A stretch of DNA of 64,000 nucleotides, taken from the IMG/VR virus record IMGVR_UViG_3300021961_000020. One strand, 5' to 3'. The notes beneath the pieces are model-generated. The model searched no databases. It was given only the letters and a program-made list of their open reading frames with translations, and was not told where the DNA came from. This document shows positions 20,474 to 32,400 of the stretch, in pieces. The position numbers and the translations under genes were made by a program. The DNA comes from a virus. How positions within the stretch are numbered: position 1 is the stretch's first letter; every line of letters starts with the position of its first letter.

Positions 20474-23400
20474 ATCGTTTCGGAAGACCCCCTGTTCCTC
20501 TCAGTCCAACACCTCTCCTTTGTACGATAGGATAGTTGTTAAGTTGAGGATCATAATTCAATCCTTTGAGGTTTGCATAGACTGCAGGAGTGCCACGGCT
20601 GATGTCACCAAATCTACCCCAAGTAAAGTAGCAGTAAGGACCAGCAGTAGAACCAACCCCAACAAAATCGGTAGTATCAGTGTAAGAAGCAATATTTGCC
20701 GTAATTACACCAAGACGACTTCCAGATCCAGGAACAAAGGAAATTGCAGATGCGTAGTAAATGTTATCACCATTAAATGTGCTGATACCAACAATATCAG
20801 TATCGTGAGTGTCAATACTTGTTACAGCAGCACCAGCGGTATTGATTCCAGTTCCATATAATTTGAATGGATAGTTCGTTCCAAAACCAGTAGGATCATT
20901 TCCGTCATTGACATAAGATTGAACATCAAATTGAATCAGAAGACCAAGGTCAGTTCCAATTCCAGGGCAAGTGCTAATACCAGTTACAACACCGATGTAT
21001 CCTTGAACATTTGCAACCAGAGGTTCAATACCCGTCATATTTTCAAAGTTAATGCCAGAGACGGCAGTTGTACCAAATCCAACTTCAGCAATATACGCTA
21101 AGTTAAAGTTCTCGTTCAGTAGACCATCAGTATCTTTGAACAAAGCAGTGGAATCAACAAAGATAAACGCATCGGTTGTACTCACAACTCCAATTACGCT
21201 AGCAATCGGACTAATTTGTGCTTCAATAGAGTCTCTCGCTTTGGATACTACACTACCATCGATTAAGATGTCTTTCTTTTGCTTAATCCATGTAAGAGGT
21301 TTGTAGTTGTCATTACTAATACCAACTCCTTGATAGAAGGGAGTTTCGACAGTAACAGCACTGTCAATTCTCTTAACGATTCTATCTTCAGATTGAGCAA
21401 AGTTCTCGGCACTTTGAGAAACTCTGTTTAGTTCTACTTCACTACTCTTATTGAGTCTAATAGAGTCTCCAACCTTAATAACCTCATTGACATCGAACAA
21501 GAAACTATCTTGACCGATTGTTCCTCTGTAGAAGAAGATAACAACATTATCTTCTGCAGTAGGTGCTGTACTAAACTCAAGAACTGATCCACCATTGAAG
21601 GTATAATTCACTCCAGGTTCTTGAATTACTCCGTTGATAAAGATTAGGAGAACTGCAGAAAGGTCAATCTCTTTAGAATCTGCATCATTTCTATCAATCT
21701 CAAAACTGACGATAGATCTTTGATACTCAAGAATAAATCTCTTCTGATCTCCATTTTGATAGCGTTTGATATTATCAAGATAGTCAATGTTACCAAACTG
21801 CCAAGAGGCAACTTGATCGGTAAAGACATCAACGACTTCGAGTTCGAACTGTTGGAAGTCATCTCCAGCAGAAGGATCAGTAGAAAGACCCGTTACAGTA
21901 AATATATCTCCACGCTTAAATCCGTATCCTTTCTTAGAGAACTCCCAGTTTGCTACTTGATAATAATTTGATCCTATTCCAGTTGATGTAGAAACACCAG
22001 CAATCTGGACGGAAACTGAGCATCCAACTCCAGTTACAGTGGTAGCACCCAAACCGATTCTAGATACACCGACGATGGGAAGATTTTCACCATTAGGATC
22101 GGGGGGAAGAACCAGATCATCCTCAGTATAATTGGTTCCAGGTCCAACAACACTGAATACAAGAGAACCACCAGCACCAACAACAGCAGTAATAGTCGCT
22201 CCAGTGCCCGTAGAAGAGGTCACAGCAATGCCAATTGTGCCAGTGTTAGTATTGTATCCAGAACCGAAGGTTAAGGGGTGCCACTGGGCAGCGGTGCCGC
22301 CACTTACATAAGTGTGACCGAATGTGGAAGGTCCAACATTAGTTTTGAATTGAGTTGCCGAAATAACACCAACAACAGCAAACGGATCATCATGATCTGG
22401 GAAGATATTTGTAGTGATGCCCGTTTGAACTTGACCGCCACCAGCATAGGTATGAGCGATAGTGGAAATACCAACATTGGTGACAAAGGATGTAGTAGTT
22501 CCAACAGAATTTACAGGATAGAAATATCCTTGAGTTCCATCGGGGAAGATCGTTGTAGTTACACCCGCGTGAGGGGCAGAGCAACTAAATCCAATGTATG
22601 CCAGTTTGACATCATCACCAGCAATCAATCCATGATTACCAACAGTAAATACGGTAGCAATACCTGTAGATTCGTCGTATTGGAAGTCATAGACGCTATA
22701 TGTTGCTCCGTAACCAGGACATGTGAATGCAAGACCAACTAACTTGACTTGATCTTCGAGAAGAAGATTGTGAGATGTAGCAGTAGTGACTGTCATAATG
22801 CCAGTCCTATTGTCATAGAATGCCTCAGTGATATTCACGGAGGGTCCTGCAGTCGATACTCCAATAATATTGGTAATAGTACCACCAGTGCCAACTTCAA
22901 GTCTTACTGAGGCACCTTCGAATGGAGCATATCCTCTACCAGGAGTAGAAGCAACAGAAATGATAATTCCGCCTCTAGGTAACTGGTTCTGGTTGATGTC
23001 ATCTGGATCGATAATTAAGTCCGTAAATCCTACTGATGTAATACCAGTGAATTGAATACTAGCGGCAGTAGATACAGGTTCTTCAATAATCTTGAAGTTA
23101 GACACACCTTCGTTATTTTCGCCAAACGGTGCTTGGAAAATACCATTGATAAACAGCACACCATTACCGCCAGTTGTACCAATACCAGTTACAGCGGCAC
23201 CAGTTGCAGTTAATGGGAAAGTATTTTGAAGACCATCAAACTGGTCGGAGAAATCATCAAACAGTTCATTTGTACCATAGTCAACTCTCAGATAAGTTCT
23301 TCCACCAAAGGATGCTCTGGGATAAGGAAGGTTACTTGGGTCAGTAATTCCAAGGTCACCACCAAGAGGAGCATCGGTAAAGTGTACCTGACTATTGAGA

Positions 23401-26400
23401 ATTTGGAATGCACCTCTATGAATTCTACCTACAGTTCCAGCAGGGTGATCAGTTGCAGCAGTTCCAACTGCTCCTCTTTCTACCTCAGCGATGCTCCATG
23501 TACCGATTCCAGTAATAGGACCAGTAGAAGTGCTGGCAAAACCAACAGTTCTTACAATGGTATATTCGTCTTCAAGTTTCAGAAGGTCTCCAGAAGTAAT
23601 AGTGCTAAGACCACTTAGAGCGAAAGAGGTGACAATGCCATTAACTGCTACATCAAGATCATATGTAATTTGAGTATATGTGATCGGTTTTTGTACAATT
23701 CCGCCGAGAGCCAGAATTGTTTTCTGATCTCTCTTCTCCATGGTAAATCTGTGCTTGTTACCACTTCCAGTTCCAGGTTGGAAGGTAACAGCAATACCCA
23801 ATCTAGCGTCAGTAATAGTTGTAGAAATAAAGAACTGACTATTGTTGTTCTTTACAATGTAAACTGTAGAAGGAAGTTCAGTAGAACCATATCCAGTCAC
23901 ATAATGTAGGGCACTAGCGGCAATACCAATAATGTTGGAGTCTGGGGTATAAGTTACTTGCTCAGTGTTAGAGAAGAAGTGCTTAAAGCTAATCAGACCA
24001 GTTCCGTAGTCAATCTGAGTGGGATTTTGTGGGTTAAGGTCTCTTTCGTAAATAGGAGTTCCTTGATATGTAAGATCGAAAGTCCTGATATTTCTATTGT
24101 TAATGCCAAGGTAAGTATTCTGAGTTACATTCTCAAATACCTTACCATAATCAAACGAACCGATGCCAGCAAGAGTTCCGTTCGGATCAAGATCCTTATA
24201 CAGAATTTCATTGTAAGAGAAGATGCTAACAATTCCAGTTACGCCAGGATCAGGATAGAATTCAAGATTTACCTTTCCTGCAGAGAATTCGGCACCAAAT
24301 GTACCAATTCCAGTCGTTGTTCCAACGGCAGCAATAGGTGCTTGAGAAATAAATGTATCCTGCTTCTCTGGATCTGACAGTACATAGAATTGATGTAAGG
24401 TTTGGGTAGATCCATAAGAAACATGAACTGTAGATTTGAAGGAAAGATCAATGTTGCTAGATACGCCAACAACAGTGGCAATGCCAGTGGTTGCAGAAGA
24501 ACCAACAACAATTCTTCCTGTTCTCTCAGTTCCTTCTGGTGTAAACTCTAAGTTAAAATGTCTAACACTAGTTGTACCAAGACCAACATTTTCAAAAGAA
24601 ACAAACTTACATCTAATATCAACACTGGTAGTATTGGTATGAACATAATCAATCTTTACAACACCACTTTCAATGCTAGATGTGAATGTTCCCATAAATG
24701 TGGGACCAGACAATCCACCTAAACTCTGTCTAGTATTAAAAGATGCCAGTTCTGTCAAATAAGTATCAACACCATCTGTTTGTAATACGAGTTCATGATA
24801 ATCAATCTTATTGTCTGCTTTATCAACAACTAAGAAATGTCCAATACCAGAAACAAAAGTGGTTGTACTAAATCCAATAATTTCAGTTGTAGTGCCAATA
24901 CTGACAACTTTATTTACGGAGGAGTTTACAACATTACCAGTGTTTGTGCTGCCAATACCAACATCAGAGGAGAATCCTTGCTGAAGAACTTTGATGTCAT
25001 AGTCGGTATCGAAAGTTTCATATGGTTTGATTCTTAATTCTGTAACATTTTCATTTACATTGAAGAAAGAGAAGAACTCAGCATATCCAGTAGCAAGACC
25101 AACATTGTTGGTATTGTTGACATGTGATTTTTGCAGCAAATAAGTATTGCCATTTACAACCACAAGGATCAACTCATTAAATTGATATTGATTGTTCAGT
25201 GGATTTTCTGCATCATGAGTGGTTTGTACCAGATATCTGGAGAAGTTTCTACCTGCGACTGCAGCAGCAATAGTTCTATCATCACTCAAATCATTAGACT
25301 CATTGCTAACAAACAGGGGACTGATATCATCATGAACAAGAACTCTGTTTGTCTTGTTTAAGATAAAGTCGGACAGTCTTGTAGATCTTAATTCAACGAA
25401 CTTAGAAACATTATCAGCAGCATCTACATCTCTGGATTGGTCGAATCCATAAATTGCATCCACTCTTAACGGATCACTAATAAAGTCCAGAACAAATCCG
25501 CCAGCATCATCTGCGGGTTGTGTAGACTCACCAGCATTACCTACAGAAAGAATTTGTGTATTTGCAAAATTCTTCATGCCAGCTGGGTGAGCAATATTGT
25601 TCACATAGGTGACAATTTCATTGTAGGTCTTTTCACTCTCAATAGCATAAGACATATTTTGATAATAATCATTATCTGGCAAATATTGATTGCTATCTCC
25701 AATCAGTCCGATATCATCAGACCATCCTAAATTGGTATCAATCGTTGCAGAGATATTAAAGTATCCATCAAACTCCTCAACAACATCAACTTCAGCTCTA
25801 TCGCCACTATTTGTTCCGACAAGAACATCATCGGGTTCTAATGGTCTAGAACCTTCAATAACCAAAACTCCTGTAGCGGTGTCAACAGATCTCAATACAA
25901 GGTCTGTTACAAGATCATCATTTCTTCTAAGATTTTCATTTTGAGCAAACTCTGAGAAAGACTTAGTAACAGAGAATCTAGCAAGATCATTAGATTTTAC
26001 AATCTGACCAAATCCAGGTCTAACTGTAGCACCTGTACCAACATTAGTAGTAAGACCAGTGTATGTAAATGTTACTTGTCTTGGGTTTACAGCAGAATTG
26101 TAATCTGCAATGGTAAAGTCTGCGAACTTATAATCGCCAGAGTTAAATCCATCACCATCATTGTTGAATTCAATACCTTCAAGATATACAATTTCTCCAG
26201 TAGTGAAAGGTTCATCAATATATCCTAAAATTGGAGTGGTAATCTTACAGGTAAGAACACCGACATCAGAGAAAGCCTCAATAATGGAAATTCCATTACT
26301 GTTTCTAAGAGGAGCAAGTCCATAATCATTATTTGTTAATCCTCTTGGTTGAACGACGACATTTACAGTATTAACTGCAGAATCGCTCAGATCGCAAGTA

Positions 26401-29400
26401 ACCAAACCATTGTTTACGATTTCTCCACTAGAAAGATCGTAAAGAACCAGCGATGGTGCGTTCAGATACGATCTACCACCATAAACTACAGAAGCTTCAA
26501 TGACTTTATCAGCATTTTTAATCTTAACAACTCTAGGCAGGAATGCATCTGGTTTCAGAGTGTTATCAGCAGGGTATCCATAAACATCCGTTGGAACACT
26601 AACAGACTCTAAAAGATTAATAGATTTACTAATCAGTTGCAACTCAGCACTAGTTCCGCTATTTCCGATAGAAGTAATTGCTGGGAATTTCGAATAACCA
26701 AATCCTCCATTGTTCAGTCTTACCTGAGCAATGCCTCCAGTTGCTCCAATTGCAGTTGTTGTATATTCTAAAACTTCACAATCTTTAGCAAGATACTGCG
26801 AAGCTTCTGGTTCATATACTAAGGTTGCTTCAAATGTGGTTGATCCTATTCCAGAAATAGTGTAATTTCCAGTAAAGGCACTATCATAATAAGCAATTTT
26901 TATACGATCATCTACATCTCTATCTGCGGTGGACATGAATCCACCTCTTTCCAATCCATAATACAGTTCATGTCTTAAAAGTCTACTATAATTAACGGTT
27001 AATGTTGGCGCATCTGAGGGATTTGTCGTTCCAATACCGACAGTTCCAAAACCAACAACTTCCAAGTTGTCAGTAGATCCAGTTCCAACATATTCATTAA
27101 AATAATTGCGATCATAGAAAATCTTCAACTTAGATCCAACAAGACTCGGATCATTCAAATCGAATACAAGATTATTTCTTCTTACTACTTTAATTGGAGG
27201 ATTGATTGGGTTTAATGTTTGTCCTTCAGTTCCAAAATCATTGATACTTACTACTTCTGGGGGATTAGTGCGTAATTGCTTTTTGGAATCTGTAAGTTGG
27301 AATGTATCGTTATCGATTCTAAGGACAAAATAGTTTCTCTGCTCCAATCCATCTGGCAAACTGGTAGAAATGCCACCAGCACCATATGCAAGGACTTTGA
27401 ATCCAGTTTCTAAATTATGATCAGAAACTGTAAAAGTATTTGTAGTCGTATTGATACCTGTTGTAGAAATTCCAATAGGATTTACGATCAATTGACCATC
27501 AAGATACTTAACAACAGCAGTAGTGGATGCTCCAATACCAGTTGTGAGTCCAGGACGAACTGTAAGGGTAACTTTATCATTTACTTCCAGATCATGATCT
27601 TCTTCAGTTACTACTGTTAGAATACTTCTTTCAACATCTGCCGTTTCTTGGGCATAATTGGTGACGAATGAATAATTTGCTTTATTATCACCAGTGTTCG
27701 TAAAGAACAGTTCTGGACCGTCTGGGAGGGTTTTGATGCCGATGGTACTATCGGTCTTCTTCACCACATAATAGTTCCCTGAGAGGGCGCTAGGGGTCGT
27801 ATACGGACTAATAGAGTCTGTAGCAAAGATATCAGCATTACCTCTCTTATCAAAGGTAATCAGATCATTATTTTTAAGACCATGATTGGCGAGGAAGATG
27901 GATTGAGACAAGATGGATCTGATCTTAGTTACTCCGTTAAGAGAAACATTAACAGAGGTAGAGAATCCGACAGTTGTTCCAACACCAACCGCTTCTTTGG
28001 GGTTGAAGTAGTAGATATCTTGGAATCTAGACTTAAATGGTTCAATATTGGTAAGAGGAACAGTAAACTTACTATTGAAGAAAGTTACTGCTGCACCAGC
28101 AGATGCTGTAGTAAATCCTGCATATCTTTCAACTCTCAGAATTTTTTCTGAAGGGAATGCATTCAAAAGTCTCATTATTTCTGTTCCGATTCCAATGGAA
28201 TCTCCCGCAGAAACTACTGGAGAAATAAAATCAACACGGATATCGGTAATAATTCCAGTGTATCCATCATCGGTGAGATTTGTCTTAAACAGTGGAGTGT
28301 TGATGGGATTGTAACCCTCAAGACCTCTTACATAAGTAGAAATACCACTGATGCCAACGCTATCATTTGTTTGGAATTCATGATATGGAGTTACCTTAAA
28401 AACAATTCCATTTCTATTGTACTCCATGGGTACATTAGAAAATCTAGTGATAGAACTAGTTACTCTGTCAATGGTTTTTCCATAAATCTTCTGAACTTCA
28501 GCACTAAGACCACCACCATTTGTTCCAGTCTCATCAAATACGAATTGATCTTTTACAGTGTATCCTTCTCCAGGATTGAGAACCTCAATTGAAGTTACAG
28601 ACCCTACTCCCAGTTTATCTGGAAGAGAAACTTGATTGTTTGTGTTGTATGGTTGGAAAACATAATCATATGCCTTTCCATCACCAAACAAATTATATGG
28701 GAAAGTATTTCTAACTAAGGCAGATTTCTCAAAGTTAAAATTGATTTGATCAATTAGAAGACCTCTTACAGTATTTTCTCTAATTGCAAAACTACGGAAA
28801 GTGTCTCCGATGTAGTATGGGAATACTGGATTATAAAGATTATCTACAGTTGCAAAATATGCATAAATTCCATTGGGAAATTCGGGAGTTTTTGTAAATC
28901 TTCCGTTGTGATCATCTAAATCGCCAGATCCTTTATAGACATAATCTGCGACAAAAGATCCATATGGGAAAATTGCTGTAGATGGTCTATTTGAAATATT
29001 TGTCGAACTGATCTCATAACTAGAGACCATTCTCTTAACATCAGACTGAATGTTGTCGGGATCTTCGAGTCCAAAAGGTCCGTAAATTGGATTTCCGTCA
29101 TACGCCCATCCAATGATAGGAGAATGACCAGATCCATCATCACCGAAGGAAGATCTTATAGAATTTCCATATCCAATTGAGTTAACAGCAAGACCTTCTC
29201 CAATTGGAGCAAGATAATTTAACTGCGTTTGATTCAGTCCATACGCTTTGTTAATAATAAGTCTTCTCAGAGAAGCTCTAAACTTCAGTCCAGATCCAGG
29301 AGGAGTAATTCTAATTGTGGTGGTAGCGTCAGTATATCCCGCGCCTCCAGAAATTACTTTTACTGAGCTAATCACTCCATTTGCTACTTCAGCGCGAAGA

Positions 29401-32400
29401 ACCGCACCACTAGCAGTAGAACTCGTGCTAAGAACTTCAACCTCTGGTGGACCAGAGTATCCAGTACCTCCAGCTAAAACAAACGCAGATATAATTCTTC
29501 CATTAGAAATAATAACAGCAATTTGACCCAGTGTTCCGCTAGGAATAGAAATTGTTGGAGCATTTTCAAAATTCAAAATCGTGGATCCATAATTAGATCC
29601 TTTTTCATACAGAATAGTATCTACAATTTCTCCTCTAACAATTGGAGTAGCTGTAAGTTCTTCCTCTTTTTGGTTTTTGGTTAAGATCTTAACCTTGCAC
29701 TCAACTGGCGGATAGTAAAATCTTTGGTATCCAGAACCAGAAGAGTCCAAGTATACATGAATACCTTTACTATAATTTGTCGTTACTGGATCTCTATCAC
29801 CCTTATTTCCAGATTCTGCCAATCTAAATCTATTGTCATCAAGTTTAATTACTTGATATTGCTTTGTCGTACTTAATCCAGTAATACCAGAAGTATCATA
29901 TGCATAATTAATTACTTCGCCATCAGAAAATCCGTGATTTTCGAACTGAACAAAATCTCTCTCAGTATTAATACCCGAAGATTTTACAATCAGATGTCTA
30001 TTAGTGTATCCCTCACCAGGATCCTCTACACTAATTCTTCCAAGTGCGGTTCTCTTTTCATATGTTCTTAAGATATGCAGACCATTATTTGCTGCTGCAG
30101 CATCTTCAGTAATCTGAACACTACTAATTCCAAGAATAGCATCGTTCTTGGAATAATACAGAGAGACAGACTTTTCAGAATTTGCATGGACATAATAATC
30201 TTGTCCACTCATTAAGGTGAGTTCTTCTTTAGAAGATCCAGTAGTTGCAATACCTAAATTAGAATTCCCATTATTGTCATAGACAATTCTATCGCCAGTC
30301 AGTAAATTGTGGTCATCATCAAAAGTGATTACATCATTTGTTGCATTGAGGTCTCCACCAGAGAGTGTGCTAATGCCACTGAAAGAAAGTTCTCTAAATC
30401 TTTCTTCTGTTACTGCTCTACCTCTAGCACCTTTTCCATTTCCACCATAAATTTCAACACTGATAATAGTGTCAATATCAAAACCAACGGGGTCTACGAG
30501 GATATTTTTAATATTACCAGATACAACTGCCAATGCCGCAGCAGTATTAGCAGCACTAACATTGGGTTCATTGATTGTTATGCTGGGCGGGAAAGAAACA
30601 TCATAGTTAGTTCCACTACCCAGAATATCTATTGACTTTAATTCGCCAAAATAAACGCTATCTTCGCCTTTATAGTTTAGAACTTCAGTACCATTGATCA
30701 GCATTCCAGTGTTGCCGTCAGCAGTAGATTCTGAAGTGGTTTGTTCTTCCTTTCCACTCTCAAGATCCTGCTCAAGAATAAATCTACGAATAGGTCTGGA
30801 CGGGAAAACATTCTTAGCACCTTGACTACTAAGAATAAAATCATGAGTACCAATCAGACCATCGGGCGGATTGAAATATACAGGCAAGTCAGCCTTGATG
30901 AATGCAAGGGAGGAGAAAAGTTGAATCCTATTAGCAGGAGACAATACTTTTACATAGTAGTCTCCCTGAGCAAGACCTCCGATAACTGGAGTACCTTCTC
31001 CAGGAGTATAATATACTTTATCTCCAGTTTTAAAGGGAACATTATTTGAAAATGCAATAATACTATAAGCATTTTCTACACTGGAGAATCCATCCCAGTT
31101 TCCTAATGCAAAAGATGGATTTATGAGTACTGAATGAATTTTATCCGTAATAATCGGATAACTCGGTAAAGAGCTAGATGCTACATATGCCTCTCTCTTT
31201 CCACTTGGAGATTCATTTTCTGAGATAATGTAAGTATTGTTAATATCCGAAAGAAGTTGGTTCTGCCCACCTCTAATTGGAACGATGGTAGATGTTGCTT
31301 TGTTCTGTACCCTTCTTATGTCATAAGAGAGGAAAGAATTAAGAGTTGGGATAGTTCCCGACAGTGTTACCGTTCTTGTCGTAGTATTTACATTAGTTAC
31401 AATGAGATTACTAGCAATAACCTGAGTATTGCCTCTCAGCAAAAGTTCTACCTTATCTCCTAACTTTAAACTAGATTTATCGATAGTGCCGTCAAGGACA
31501 AACTGAGATCCAGAGAAAGAATCGACATAGTAACGAGAAGATGTGTTGTAAATCCAAGAGTTGAAGAAAATCTCCTCATAAGACTTATCAACTTCAGGAT
31601 TGTCGATGTATCTTCCTAAGTTTTTGACTCTAATGGATGATGTGGCATCTAAGTTTTGGAGACCTTGGTTTGTAACAAACTCATTCAAAACTCCAGTGAT
31701 GCGCATCTCTACCTTTTTGGTGAGATCTCCGTTTTCATACCCATAAACAATATTAGGAGCAGAAATCTTACTATTATCTGGGATAGTAGTAGAAACAGGA
31801 GGAGTTACATCAAAAAACTGATTGATGCTCTTTGTCCCGTAAGAAACTGTTTGGAAATAAGAATCTCCAGGATTTCCTAATTTCAGTGTGCCAGTGCTTG
31901 AAAAACCAATGGTGGAATCAACTGTAATTACAGATGCGCCAAGACCAACTTCTCCAACATTTCTTGTTCTTCCAGGAACTCTGAAGATTCCATCAGTTAA
32001 GGATCTCTCGTCAAAACCCGTAAACAGTGAGATTTTGTAATAGCCCTCTCTGATGTTTGATACTTCAGAAATAGGACCAGATGCAGCATTAAAGTTTGGA
32101 TTAATTGGATCGTTATCTTGGAAAAGAGTTTCTCCAATCAGATTGACAGGATTTCCAGAAATTAACTCTACAGAGATAGTTTTCCTACGAACATAATTTG
32201 CGTAAGACGGTTTGATCAGGAATTTTTCAAGATCATTAATTTTAGGATCAATTCCGAATAATGCCTTGAAAAGGATTTTGAACGAACTTTCGGTTCCCTT
32301 TGCTTCGTATAAACTTCTTGCTTCTTTTAAAAAATTATTGATATTGAGGTCAGGAGAAAGAGTTACGCCCTCCAGTCCAGGAGCGTACATTGCTTTCAAC